A stretch of 64,000 nt of DNA from Escherichia phage vB_EcoM_PTE-Eco09. Shown here in pieces: positions 19,030-28,810 of this stretch; positions within the stretch are counted from its first letter, which is position 1; each line of letters opens with the position of its first letter. Position numbers and translations under genes: made by a program. The notes under the pieces are model-generated. The model saw nothing but the letters and a program-made list of their open reading frames with translations, made no database searches and was not told the DNA's origin. The stretch lies in the sequence record PQ306574.1; one strand, written 5' to 3'.

Positions 19030-20845
19030 GTTTCGCATTTTATCTGATCGTGAACATGTCCTTAAGCGTGCAGGAATGTATATAGGATCAACAACTTACG
19101 AAGAACACCAACGTTTCCTGTTCGGTAAATGGACAAAAATTTCATATGTTCCAGGACTGGTTAAAATCATTGATGAGATCATCGACAACTCTGTAGACGA
19201 GGCGATTCGCACTAATTTTGAATTTGCCAATGTGATTAGCGTCGATATCCAAAACAATATTGTTACGGTAACAGACAACGGTCGCGGTATTCCTCAACAT
19301 ATGGTTACTACCCCAGAGGGCACGCAGATTCCGCAACCTGTAGCCGCATGGACACGAACAAAAGCAGGGTCTAACTTTGATGATACCAATCGATTAACGC
19401 AAGGGATGAACGGTGTGGGGTCGTCGTTGTCAAATTTCTTTAGCGATTGGTTTACTGGTGTGACCTGTGACGGAGAAACAGAAATGACCGTTCAATGTAC
19501 AAACGGTGCTGAAAATATCACATGGTCATCGAAACCATCAAAATTGAAGGGAACAAAGGTTACATTTTGTCCAGACTTCGACCACTTCGAAGGTTATATG
19601 ATGGACAACTCTGTTTTAGATATTGTTCATGATCGTCTGCAATCATTGAGCGTAATCTTTCCTAAGATCACGTTTAAGTTTAATGGTAAACGTATTGTTA
19701 GTAAGTTCAAGGATTATGCTAAACTATACAATGATGATCCGTTTGTCATTGAAGATAAAAACTTTTCACTTGCCCTAGTTCCTGCGGTCGAGGGAGAAGG
19801 TTTTAAATCAGTATCCTTTGCTAATGGTCTGTTTACCAAAAACGGGGGAACACACGTAGACTACGTGACAGATGATCTTTGTGAAGAGATTGTAAAACGA
19901 ATCAAGAAAGAACATAAGGTTGATGTTACTAAAGCTGCGGTTAAGTCTGGATTGACCTGTATTCTTATTGTTCGTGAATTGCCTAACCTTCGTTTTGATT
20001 CACAGACAAAAGAACGATTGACTAATCCAACTGGTGATATCAAGCGTCATATTGATCTTGATTTTAAAAAGCTGGCTAAAGTCATTGCGAAGAAAGAAAA
20101 CATTATCATGCCTATTATTGCTGTAGTCCTGGCACGCAAAGAGGCAGCAGATAAAGCGGCAGCGACTAAGGCAGCCAAAGCAGCGAAACGGGCTAAGGTA
20201 GCAAAACACGTTAAAGCTAACCTTATTGGAACTGACGCAGAAACTACCCTGTTTTTGACGGAAGGTGATTCCGCGATCAACTATCTGGTCTCTGTACGTG
20301 ATCCAGATTTACATGGAGGTTTCCCGTTGCGAGGCAAAACTCTTACAACGTGGGAACAACCGGAGGCAAAGATCGTTAAGAACGCCGAAATTTTTAACAT
20401 CATGGCGATCACTGGTTTGCAATTTGGTGTTGATGCATTGGAAGTTATGCAATACAAAAATATTGCGATTATGACAGACGCTGATACTGACGGGATCGGG
20501 TCTATTAAACCTAGTCTGATCTCTTTCTTTGCACGTTGGCCTGAATTGTTCGAAGATGGACGAATCCGGTTTATCAAAACACCTATTATCATTGCGGAAC
20601 CAAAGAAAGGTGATGATGTTCGATGGTATTATGACCTAGAAGATTTCGAGAACGACCGAGATAATATCAAAGGTTATAGCATTCGATATATCAAAGGGTT
20701 AGCATCTCTTACAGAATCAGATTATCATCGCGTGATCAACGATCCTGTAATGGAAATCATCACGTTACCGGAAAACTATAAAGAGCTATTCGATTTGCTC
20801 TATAGCGAAGATTCAGACCGCCGCAAAATTTGGATGCAATCATAA
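19022..20845 (+). CDS. 39: topoisomerase II large subunit (GyrB-like), fused gp39/gp60-type
   Basis: 607 aa; GHKL ATPase motifs (IDNSVDE, DNGRGIP); Toprim region continuous with no gap. Confidence 0.85.
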   Translation: MSEFRILSDREHVLKRAGMYIGSTTYEEHQRFLFGKWTKISYVPGLVKIIDEIIDNSVDEAIRTNFEFANVISVDIQNNIVTVTDNGRGIPQHMVTTPEGTQIPQPVAAWTRTKAGSNFDDTNRLTQGMNGVGSSLSNFFSDWFTGVTCDGETEMTVQCTNGAENITWSSKPSKLKGTKVTFCPDFDHFEGYMMDNSVLDIVHDRLQSLSVIFPKITFKFNGKRIVSKFKDYAKLYNDDPFVIEDKNFSLALVPAVEGEGFKSVSFANGLFTKNGGTHVDYVTDDLCEEIVKRIKKEHKVDVTKAAVKSGLTCILIVRELPNLRFDSQTKERLTNPTGDIKRHIDLDFKKLAKVIAKKENIIMPIIAVVLARKEAADKAAATKAAKAAKRAKVAKHVKANLIGTDAETTLFLTEGDSAINYLVSVRDPDLHGGFPLRGKTLTTWEQPEAKIVKNAEIFNIMAITGLQFGVDALEVMQYKNIAIMTDADTDGIGSIKPSLISFFARWPELFEDGRIRFIKTPIIIAEPKKGDDVRWYYDLEDFENDRDNIKGYSIRYIKGLASLTESDYHRVINDPVMEIITLPENYKELFDLLYSEDSDRRKIWMQS

Positions 20846-20848
20846 CAC

Positions 20849-20891
20849 TTGACATACAAGGGAGATTCTCTATAATGGGAGTCTCCCTTTT
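20849..20891 (+). promoter_or_regulatory. sigma70-like promoter with the -10 element inside a GC-rich inverted repeat
   Basis: TTGACA-16 nt-TATAAT; GGGAGA...TCTCCC flank the -10, followed by TTTT. Confidence 0.5.
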
Positions 20892-20910
20892 CGTTTATGA
20901 GGATTTAATA

Positions 20911-21210
20911 ATGAGCAAAAAGAATAACATGATGATGAGTATGACAAAGTTCATGGAAGTAGACCTGATCAAAAATACAGTACAACATGAACGCCAGCGA
21001 GAAGCCGCAGTGATTGCAGAACAAGGTTTTCAGGTTATCCACAATCCACCTAAAGACACGGTTAAATCGAAATACAGAGACGATCTGAAAGACCATGAAG
21101 TACGGGAACTGGTTAATGATCTGCGTGACATTGCCATCAAATATCATGGTTATCAGTGCTTACGAGAACTGATCGCAGAGCGAGTAATGGATGCATTGAA
21201 AAAAGATTAA
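20911..21210 (+). CDS. hypothetical protein
   Basis: 99-aa ORF with RBS GAGGA. Confidence 0.45.
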   Translation: MSKKNNMMMSMTKFMEVDLIKNTVQHERQREAAVIAEQGFQVIHNPPKDTVKSKYRDDLKDHEVRELVNDLRDIAIKYHGYQCLRELIAERVMDALKKD

Positions 21211-21217
21211 AAATCTG

Positions 21218-21246
21218 TTGACACTGGATCGGGGATATATCATAAT
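21218..21246 (+). promoter_or_regulatory. sigma70-like early promoter
   Basis: TTGACA-17 nt-CATAAT; GGGGA...TCCCC flank the -10; CATCGAAAAC leader. Confidence 0.5.
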
Positions 21247-21267
21247 GTCCCCATCGAAAACAAAAGG

Positions 21268-21471
21268 TTGACTTATATGAAACCGTTTAAGAATGAAGAA
21301 ACTCAAAAATTTTGTGAAAAAATTGCAGAAATCTACTTGACAGGGGAGAAGGAAAAAGCTAATATTATGTTCAAAGAGTCAGTTTCCATGATGAAAGTAG
21401 CACGCTGGGAACTGATCGCAATGCAAGACCAAATTCGTTATCTAGTAACAAAGGAGAATCAAAATGCGTAA
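21268..21471 (+). CDS. hypothetical small protein
   Basis: 67-aa ORF. Confidence 0.4.
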   Translation: MTYMKPFKNEETQKFCEKIAEIYLTGEKEKANIMFKESVSMMKVARWELIAMQDQIRYLVTKENQNA

Positions 21472-21658
21472 CCATTACATCGAATTGGCAAGCCGTAAAG
21501 TTTCAGACCTGAAAGGCGTAATTGCTTACTATGAAGAAGTCCTGAAAAACGAAATTGCCGAGTGGGAACGTAAAGAATACAGCAAGTGCTTAGAGAAAAG
21601 CCGCGCTGAACTGGTTGACGCAGAAGCCCATCTGCAATGGGTAATTGAAAATGTATAA
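21464..21658 (+). CDS. hypothetical small protein
   Basis: 64-aa ORF. Confidence 0.4.
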   Translation: MRNHYIELASRKVSDLKGVIAYYEEVLKNEIAEWERKEYSKCLEKSRAELVDAEAHLQWVIENV

Positions 21659-21669
21659 GGAGTAGAAAA

Positions 21670-21927
21670 ATGAGTCGAAGTTTTGATTTTATGATCGCCA
21701 AGTGTCATCGAGAAAAGAAATCGATGGACCTGTTTATGAAATGTCTGAGATATGAATATGCGCACCTTCGTAAACACAAAATTGACCCGCAAGTTTCCTA
21801 CGAAAACATCAAGAAATATGCGAAAGAAGTGATTGACAACGATTGCACCGTGACATATAATGCGTTTATTGATTTATGGGCGTGGGATGTAATCTACGCA
21901 GAGATGGACAAAGAAGATTTTAATTAA
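21670..21927 (+). CDS. hypothetical small protein
   Basis: 85-aa ORF. Confidence 0.4.
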   Translation: MSRSFDFMIAKCHREKKSMDLFMKCLRYEYAHLRKHKIDPQVSYENIKKYAKEVIDNDCTVTYNAFIDLWAWDVIYAEMDKEDFN

Positions 21928-21941
21928 GTGAGGATTATATT

Positions 21942-24056
21942 ATGAAAATGCATATTGATAATGAAGAAGTATTTGGCAGTGACCTGAGCGGTGCGGTTGA
22001 TTTTTCACTGAAAGCAAGTAGCAAGGCTTTTATGGTGCTTTCTAAGAACACTTATCAATATTGTGAGCGTGCTTGCGTCCGTGAGTATTCGTGCAATGCT
22101 ACCGACACTCACAAAGAAGCCGGAACCTTAGATCGTCCGTTTGATATTCATTTACCGACTGCAATCGAACCGTATTTCTCTGTGCGTGATTATGGTACTG
22201 GTATTCCGTCTAAGAAAGAATTAGAACAACTGTTTACGGTTTACTTTGAATCAACAAAAGACCAGACTAATGACTATATCGGGTCTTTTGGTTTAGGTGC
22301 GAAATCTGCTTATAGCTACACTGACACCTTTACAATCGTAAACTATTACAATGGTCGCGCTTATGGCTTTACGGCATTTGTGCAAAACTCTATGCCGAAA
22401 ATGGTGCAGATTTTCGACGAACCGACCTATGAAGACAATGGTCTGAAAATCACTATTCCGGTGAAAGAAAAAGATATTCAGACATGGCATCGAGAAGCGC
22501 AATTTGTACTGCGTCATTTTGGGGAACACAAACCTAATATCAATGCAATCGAAATTAATTATTTCCCTAGCTTTGATAATTATTATGTTTGTAATGGGCG
22601 TGATAACGATTCCTATGTAGTATATGCAATCATGGGTAAGATCCAGTATCCGATCCCGTATGAATATGTTCGCGGAACATGGTTAGAAGCTGTAAACCGC
22701 CAGCACCAGACCATTTACATTAATTTTGAGTTGGGTGATCTGGACCTGATGCCATCGCGTGAAGAAGTTCACTTGTCAATTGAGACTAAAGCGAACATCG
22801 AAAAACGCATTGCAGAAATCAATGAAATGATGTTGGAAAAGGTCAAAGAGAAGATCGCCAACATTAAAACAGAGCGTAAACTTGCGCAATTTATGAGCGA
22901 GTATTCATCGACTCAACGCAATATTATTAGCAAGATGGGTAAGATCGGGCAGTGGGATGATCCGGTAGCAATCTATAATAAGTTTGTGAATGCGGGTAAA
23001 GATTCGCCTAATGACGTAGAAGGTCAGGTGTATACTCTGTATCGTACTCGTCACACAATCAGTAAATTGCGCCCTGCTTTCGTTAGCAGTCAATACAACA
23101 TTACGCATTTTGTATGGATGCATAAAGAAGATATTATGTGTCTTATTGATGATACCGATAAACCGAAACTACGCGCACTGACTCTTAACGGTATGGTCCA
23201 GGAATACGGCATCAATAAAAAGGTACTGGTGTTCCGTCAGCGCAACGAAAAACATATGGAAACTTTCGAGTACATCAAACAGTATTATGATGATTCTGAA
23301 ATGACCGTGATTAAAGTTTCTGAGGCCGATGATCTGCGTGCTAAAGCAGTTAAACCGGAGAAGACCGAGCGTACACGTACACAACGTGAAGCGACTCCTA
23401 AGCTGCCTAACGTGTATATCATGGAAAAGATTGGTGACAGTTGGCATAAAACCAGCCATCACATGAAAGCGGCAGAGATTCGCGAGTTATCAGGCTTGCA
23501 CATGTTCCGCGTAGGTGATGCATTCGAAAGCCGTAGTCGTAAATCGATCCATAGTGAAAATACATTACACACGGCGCTTGACTACTTCGGGGTAACAAAG
23601 TATATTATTACTCGAAACGAGACACAAAAATATCTCGTTGACGAACAATTGGAATGTGCGCTAGAATTTGTTCGCGGTAAGCTGGCTGGTCTGGCTAAGA
23701 AGGTTAAGACCAATCATCTGGGGTATGGCGAATATCTGGGTGTGATCACTATGTTGTTTCATGACGATGAACTAGAAAGCTGTGTTCCAGAATTTATTGA
23801 CAGACTGTACGGTCGTCATTATAATAAAGAGGTTTCCAAGTTACTCCTTCGTACTCGTTGGATTATGGACGAAGAAACTAAAAAGATTTGTGATGAAAAA
23901 TTCACGGTAGCAAACGAACGAATTAAAGCAGTTTGTGCGAAGTTTAAAGAGAATAGCCCGTTACTGTATGATATTGTAGATAACTGGTATCGTATTCTGC
24001 ATAATGACAAACGCGCACAAGACTTTATGAAACTGGTTAAGAATGTTAAATTTTAA
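21942..24056 (+). CDS. rIIA: rIIA-like protein with N-terminal GHKL-type ATPase fold
   Basis: 704 aa; Bergerat-fold motifs (DYGTGIP, GSFGLGAKSAYSY); position 39 -> rIIA -> rIIB as in T4. Confidence 0.7.
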   Translation: MKMHIDNEEVFGSDLSGAVDFSLKASSKAFMVLSKNTYQYCERACVREYSCNATDTHKEAGTLDRPFDIHLPTAIEPYFSVRDYGTGIPSKKELEQLFTVYFESTKDQTNDYIGSFGLGAKSAYSYTDTFTIVNYYNGRAYGFTAFVQNSMPKMVQIFDEPTYEDNGLKITIPVKEKDIQTWHREAQFVLRHFGEHKPNINAIEINYFPSFDNYYVCNGRDNDSYVVYAIMGKIQYPIPYEYVRGTWLEAVNRQHQTIYINFELGDLDLMPSREEVHLSIETKANIEKRIAEINEMMLEKVKEKIANIKTERKLAQFMSEYSSTQRNIISKMGKIGQWDDPVAIYNKFVNAGKDSPNDVEGQVYTLYRTRHTISKLRPAFVSSQYNITHFVWMHKEDIMCLIDDTDKPKLRALTLNGMVQEYGINKKVLVFRQRNEKHMETFEYIKQYYDDSEMTVIKVSEADDLRAKAVKPEKTERTRTQREATPKLPNVYIMEKIGDSWHKTSHHMKAAEIRELSGLHMFRVGDAFESRSRKSIHSENTLHTALDYFGVTKYIITRNETQKYLVDEQLECALEFVRGKLAGLAKKVKTNHLGYGEYLGVITMLFHDDELESCVPEFIDRLYGRHYNKEVSKLLLRTRWIMDEETKKICDEKFTVANERIKAVCAKFKENSPLLYDIVDNWYRILHNDKRAQDFMKLVKNVKF

Positions 24057-24067
24057 GAGGTGATATT

Positions 24068-24199
24068 ATGACTAAACTGACCGCTATCCAGAAAGAAACA
24101 ATCCGTAAACAATACGCTCGCGGCTTGACTAAAGGCGAACTGGCACGAATCTATAATGTATCAGACCGCACAATCCGCAAGGTTGTAGAAGCAAAATAA
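24068..24199 (+). CDS. stand-alone helix-turn-helix mini-protein, paralogous to the rIIB N-terminus
   Basis: 43 aa LTAIQKETIRKQYARGLTKGELARIYNVSDRTIRKVVEAK; similar to residues about 20-60 of the downstream ORF. Confidence 0.5.
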   Translation: MTKLTAIQKETIRKQYARGLTKGELARIYNVSDRTIRKVVEAK

Positions 24200-24252
24200 T
24201 TCTGGTATACTGATGTGAATCGGGCGGCGAGAGTCGCCCAACTAATAGAGGA

Positions 24253-25254
24253 ATGAATACTATGACTAAAGCAAAAATCACCGTCTCTGACCGTAACGTT
24301 CAATGCCTGGATTCTGAAAAACAAATCAAACTGGCTAAACAGTGGGGCGAAGGTAAGTTTACTACCCGCGAAGCACTTGCGGCAGCATTTGGGGTATCTC
24401 GTCGTACTGCCTCCCGTGTATTACTGATTCAGAAAGACGCAGTAGCGGAAGGTCGCAAGGCACTAGAAAAACGTAAAGCACGCCGTAAAACCAGTAAAGG
24501 AAAAGGCGGTGAACGCGCAAAAAAGCCCGTAACTACTTCCTCAAAAATCGTAGCCATAGCCTCAACTAAGTTTATTACTATTACATGTGGTGACATTGTT
24601 TATACTGCTGATCCATCACATGTTAACTTTAAGGAAGCACTGGAAGCGATTAAACATAATGATTTCATCAAAGCTATTACGCTGATTGACATTAAGAAAG
24701 CGGTTGAAGTATATTATCACGGCGCTTTCCGTATCGAAAATGGTATTGTGTATTATCATAATATTGTTCTTGATAATAATCTGACTCGTCGAGTTGTGGA
24801 GTCGATTAAAGAGAATAAGCCATATACGCACTATCTTAACTTCTTTGAGAAGTGCAAGAAAAACCCTAGCCGTAAGGCCGTAGATCGTCTATTTGACTTC
24901 TTAGAGCACAACGACATTGAGATCGTGGAAGATGGTTGTTTCTATGCATGGAAACGTGTTGATGTTGATTATAAAGATTTCTTTACGCATACGTTTGATA
25001 ATAGCCCAGGTCGCACGGTTAAAATGAAGCGTAAAGACGTGGACCCAGATGATGATCGCACTTGCTCTAATGGCCTCCACGTTGCAGCTAAACACTATAT
25101 TCCGCACTATGGCGGTGGACGAGGCCGAATCATTAAATGTAAAGTTGATCCGCGTCACGTTGTAAGTATCCCGAAAGATTATGCGAATGCCAAAATGCGC
25201 TGTCATCGTTACTATGTGGTTGAAGATGTAACCGAAGGTTTTAGACATTACTAA
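24253..25254 (+). CDS. rIIB: rIIB protein
   Basis: 333 aa; PSRKAVDRLFDFLEHNDIEIVEDGCFYAWKRV...FDNSPGRTVKMKRKDVDPDDDRTCSNGLH matches remembered T4 rIIB. Confidence 0.8.
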   Translation: MNTMTKAKITVSDRNVQCLDSEKQIKLAKQWGEGKFTTREALAAAFGVSRRTASRVLLIQKDAVAEGRKALEKRKARRKTSKGKGGERAKKPVTTSSKIVAIASTKFITITCGDIVYTADPSHVNFKEALEAIKHNDFIKAITLIDIKKAVEVYYHGAFRIENGIVYYHNIVLDNNLTRRVVESIKENKPYTHYLNFFEKCKKNPSRKAVDRLFDFLEHNDIEIVEDGCFYAWKRVDVDYKDFFTHTFDNSPGRTVKMKRKDVDPDDDRTCSNGLHVAAKHYIPHYGGGRGRIIKCKVDPRHVVSIPKDYANAKMRCHRYYVVEDVTEGFRHY

Positions 25255-25268
25255 CAGAGGAATTAATT

Positions 25269-25595
25269 ATGGTTGATATGAAAGTTACTTGCGAAAGTGC
25301 ACATGTTGAAGTTGAAAGTAGCCAATATTCATTGCGTCCGTCCGGTCGCGTTACTGTGACTATGGATGATGTTGATTTGGTTAATAATGTTAGTGTTGAA
25401 GATATCGTTAATGAGTATGATCATAGCGAACTACTAGACGCAATTCCTGAACATGTTGTGATCCAGCACGTAGTAAGCAATAATGATCCATCGACTTTCA
25501 TCAAAGAATATGGCTCTGATGAAATGCTCGATGAAATTGGCGAAAAGATTGTTATTGCATGGCTTGAAAACAACGGTTATACTGTAGAACAATAA
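25269..25595 (+). CDS. strongly acidic small protein (DNA-mimic candidate)
   Basis: 108 aa with about 24 Asp/Glu versus 5 Lys/Arg. Confidence 0.5.
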   Translation: MVDMKVTCESAHVEVESSQYSLRPSGRVTVTMDDVDLVNNVSVEDIVNEYDHSELLDAIPEHVVIQHVVSNNDPSTFIKEYGSDEMLDEIGEKIVIAWLENNGYTVEQ

Positions 25596-25640
25596 TCAAC
25601 ATAGGCCGCTTTGCGCGGCCTTTCTTAGAGGGAATACATT

Positions 25641-25934
25641 ATGACGGTCACGGTTATTACCAAATACGACGACGAAAATGTGATTTACGGTGACGTGGTT
25701 GTTGTTCACGGTCGTAGCATGAAAGTTACTGGTAATTGTAAAGATGGTGCTATTATTTGCGGTGAATTGGTGAGAACAGTCAATCCTATCACCGACGAAC
25801 AAAAGCGAGTCATTATCAGAAAACTTAAAGACAGTGGATATTGTAACGTCGTGGTGATTCAAGAAAAAATTGAAGTAGGCCACTTATACACAAATCAGAA
25901 AACAATTCCTGTATCAATGGTTAAAGGCGGTTAA
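25641..25934 (+). CDS. hypothetical protein
   Basis: 97-aa ORF following a hairpin. Confidence 0.45.
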   Translation: MTVTVITKYDDENVIYGDVVVVHGRSMKVTGNCKDGAIICGELVRTVNPITDEQKRVIIRKLKDSGYCNVVVIQEKIEVGHLYTNQKTIPVSMVKGG

Positions 25935-25936
25935 TA

Positions 25937-26299
25937 ATGCTAGGTCATTCTAAAATAGAAGATTGCTCATTCAGAGCAATGAAAGATGATTTTTCGGTCC
26001 TGTACGCGTCTATCCGAGAGTTGTTTGTAGATTTTAAGCAATTCAGAGAATACAAAGGCGTTAAGATGCGGGAGTGGGTATTCTGGCCTTTCTATATCAT
26101 TACTCTGTTTTCTATGGTATTTTGTTTTGTCGGGATCACTATCGCTAGTTTTGTCACTTGCGTTTTCCTGATTATCAGGTGTATCATGTTTGCTTTGATT
26201 GCTGCCCCGTTTATTGTGTCAATCCTTCCGTTAAAATGGCTATTGGATTGGGCTGATAAATCTGATAAAGTAAAGAATGTGATTTGTAAGCGTGTATGA
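25937..26299 (+). CDS. integral membrane protein (2-3 predicted TM helices)
   Basis: Hydrophobic stretches WVFWPFYIITLFSMVFCFVGITIASFVTCVFLII and MFALIAAPFIVSILPL. Confidence 0.5.
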   Translation: MLGHSKIEDCSFRAMKDDFSVLYASIRELFVDFKQFREYKGVKMREWVFWPFYIITLFSMVFCFVGITIASFVTCVFLIIRCIMFALIAAPFIVSILPLKWLLDWADKSDKVKNVICKRV

Positions 26300-26306
26300 G
26301 GTGAAG

Positions 26307-27653
26307 ATGAATAAATCAGTTACTTACCGCAGCCTTGAAAGCATTGTACATAATGAAGCTAAGGAATATGCGATCTATTCTGCCGAGGAACGCGGGATTC
26401 CTCAATTAGTGGATGGGCTTAAACCAGTGCAACGCTTTGTTATGGAATGTGCTTTGCAAAAGAGTAAAGGCGACCGTAAGAAATTCCGTAAGATGGCAGA
26501 TATTGGATCTGGTGTCGCTGAGTTGGGGTATCACCACGGCGAAACTAATGCCGTAGAAGCCGGATCACTCATGGCGAATACATGGAGCAATAATACTCCA
26601 CTGCTTGACGGTCAAGGTAACTTCGGATCGCGTTTAGTCCAGAAAGCAGGAGCGGCACGTTATATCTTTGCTCGTGTGCATGAAAACTTCTTTAAAATCT
26701 ATAAAGATATGAATTGCGCACCTAAGCACGAAGATCTGGAACACATCCCGCCAGCGTTCTACTTGCCAGTTGTGCCAATGGTATTGGCTAATGGTATTAG
26801 TGGTATTGCTTCAGGGTATAAAACTGACATTTTACCGCATTCACTGGAAAGCCTTATTGAATGCACAGAGCTAGCACTTGCCGGAAAACTGGATAAAGAA
26901 CCTAATGTTCAATTCCCGAAATTCACGGGTAAAGTTATCCCGCGAGATGATCGCGATGGTGTGATTCTTGAGGGTACATATGAACTAAACGGCAAGACTA
27001 AACTGACAATATCAGAAGTTCCTTATAAGTTCGACCGTGAAGAATATGTAGCGGTACTGGATGCACTGGAAGAAAAAGATCTGATTGTATCGTATAATGA
27101 CCGTTGCTCTAAGGACGGATTCAGATTTGAAGTAACACTGAAACGCGATTATTTCAAAAGCGAAGATGAATCCGCTCGACATGAGCAAATCATGAAGGAT
27201 TTTAAACTAACACAGTTAGTAGCCCAGAATATCGTAGTGGTTAATGAACGTGGTTTAGTAGAAGTATTCGAGAAAGCGAGCGATCTGATCCGTCGATTCG
27301 TCGAAATCCGATTAGGGTATGTCGATAAACGCATTGAATTGATGCAAGCGGAAACGCTGGAAGCATACAATTATGCAATGGCTAAAGCCGAATTTATCGA
27401 CCGCGTAATTAAGGGCGAAATCGAGCTACAGGGCAAGAAAAAGGCCGAGGTAATGCAATCCATCAATGGACATGAAAAACTGCGTCCATACGCCGATAAG
27501 CTAGTTTCTATGCCATTGTATAGCGTTACTCAAGAAGAGTATGATCGACTGGTCAAAGATGCCGATAAACATCATAGTGAATATGAGTATTGGACAAAGA
27601 CGACCGCAATGAAGGAATATAAGAAAGATCTTAAAGAACTTAAGAAGGGTTGA
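26307..27653 (+). CDS. 52: topoisomerase II medium subunit gp52 (GyrA-like)
   Basis: GLKPVQRF, ANTWSNNTPLLDGQGNFGSR, ARYIFARV; ATG 26307 with RBS. The track ORF begins at an upstream GTG. Confidence 0.9.
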   Translation: MNKSVTYRSLESIVHNEAKEYAIYSAEERGIPQLVDGLKPVQRFVMECALQKSKGDRKKFRKMADIGSGVAELGYHHGETNAVEAGSLMANTWSNNTPLLDGQGNFGSRLVQKAGAARYIFARVHENFFKIYKDMNCAPKHEDLEHIPPAFYLPVVPMVLANGISGIASGYKTDILPHSLESLIECTELALAGKLDKEPNVQFPKFTGKVIPRDDRDGVILEGTYELNGKTKLTISEVPYKFDREEYVAVLDALEEKDLIVSYNDRCSKDGFRFEVTLKRDYFKSEDESARHEQIMKDFKLTQLVAQNIVVVNERGLVEVFEKASDLIRRFVEIRLGYVDKRIELMQAETLEAYNYAMAKAEFIDRVIKGEIELQGKKKAEVMQSINGHEKLRPYADKLVSMPLYSVTQEEYDRLVKDADKHHSEYEYWTKTTAMKEYKKDLKELKKG

Positions 27654-27853
27654 TTATGAAAGAATATCCAGAAGGCGGTTATATTGCATTTGTGTACAAC
27701 AATAAAAAGATTGTGCCAATGGTCGTTGAGACTATGGAAGAAGCCAACCGGATCACTATTGAATCTCTGAGCAAATTAGCAGAGATGACAAACACACCAG
27801 AACACAGAGCAAAGATCGACAGCTTGATGAAAGAATTTTCAGAGAGGAAATAA
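27650..27853 (+). CDS. hypothetical small protein
   Basis: 67-aa ORF, ATGA overlap with gene 52. Confidence 0.4.
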   Translation: MIMKEYPEGGYIAFVYNNKKIVPMVVETMEEANRITIESLSKLAEMTNTPEHRAKIDSLMKEFSERK

Positions 27854-27856
27854 ATT

Positions 27857-28252
27857 ATGACTGAACGACGCATCACTTCAAATGGTTTGGGTACTCATCA
27901 TGCATGGATGGTTGACCCAGACAAAAATCCTTATAAACTTTACGACACAACGATTAAACCGTGGAATAATGGTGTATGGAAAACACCACCAACAACAGCA
28001 CCTATTATGACTGATCCGAAACCGATTAGCCCGATGGCTGAACCAGTACAGATCAAGCCGTTGCCTTACCAGATAACGACGAATAGCATCGCCAACAAAC
28101 AAGAAAATGATATTGATATGATCTACGAGATGATTAAACTTTGGCGTGATGTTTATCTGGGTGTTCTCTGCAACACAGATAAAAGTGCACATGCGGCAGC
28201 GGTGCTGGCATCTCATGCAGTAGACGAAGCCAAAAAGAAATTTAGTAAGTAA
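27857..28252 (+). CDS. hypothetical protein
   Basis: 131-aa ORF. Confidence 0.45.
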   Translation: MTERRITSNGLGTHHAWMVDPDKNPYKLYDTTIKPWNNGVWKTPPTTAPIMTDPKPISPMAEPVQIKPLPYQITTNSIANKQENDIDMIYEMIKLWRDVYLGVLCNTDKSAHAAAVLASHAVDEAKKKFSK

Positions 28253-28263
28253 CTGATTATTAA

Positions 28264-28290
28264 GCCGATCCTTGTGGTCGGCTTTTTTAT
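28264..28290 (+). terminator. intrinsic terminator
   Basis: GCCGATCC-TTG-TGGTCGGC hairpin followed by TTTTTTATTTT. Confidence 0.7.
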
Positions 28291-28302
28291 TTTAAAAAGT
28301 TG

Positions 28303-28331
28303 TTGACTTACAGAATCCAACATTGCATAAT
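28303..28331 (+). promoter_or_regulatory. sigma70-like early promoter
   Basis: TTGACT-17 nt-CATAAT; conserved leader CCAAACAAAAGGAGAATCA before the ATG. Confidence 0.55.
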
Positions 28332-28362
28332 ACACCCATACCAAACAAAAGGAGAATCAAAG

Positions 28363-28635
28363 ATGAACAACGAAAACAGCAAAGTGTTGGCAATTGCAGA
28401 TAAAGTATGTTACTGGAAATGCTGGGATGATATGGAGAAATTAGGCGGTCGCTATCTCGATAACTTAGAGTTGCATTATTGCCAAGCGCGTAATACAGAA
28501 GTTGCGGGAGTAGCAATTGAAGATATCCCGTCTAAGGTCTTCGGATTCTCTAAAGATGATACTTTAGAATATGTTTTCAAGGCTGTTATGGATCAAGCAT
28601 GGGAAGACGCAGAGACACGCGCTCTTGACTGGTGA
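28363..28635 (+). CDS. hypothetical protein
   Basis: 90-aa ORF with RBS AGGAG. Confidence 0.45.
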   Translation: MNNENSKVLAIADKVCYWKCWDDMEKLGGRYLDNLELHYCQARNTEVAGVAIEDIPSKVFGFSKDDTLEYVFKAVMDQAWEDAETRALDW

Positions 28636-28639
28636 TATT

Positions 28640-28810
28640 ATGAACTGGTATAAAATTTGGAAAAATCAGGTTGAGGCTTATCTAGGGTATAAGCCCACCG
28701 ACAAAGAATTACTTGATGCAATGTACGAAGACGGACTAAATCCGAAAGTAGCCGCACAAGAATACGCGGAATGGGTGAAGGTCGAAGATAACCTAAAGGG
28801 GAAACTATGA
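28640..28810 (+). CDS. hypothetical small protein
   Basis: 56-aa ORF from the ATG at 28640. Confidence 0.35.
   Translation: MNWYKIWKNQVEAYLGYKPTDKELLDAMYEDGLNPKVAAQEYAEWVKVEDNLKGKL

Noticed and set aside
19022-20845. T4 gene 60-type translational bypass or a mobA insertion splitting topoisomerase subunits
   Set aside because: The ORF is continuous (607 aa) through the 39/60 junction region; no coding gap or intervening endonuclease gene.
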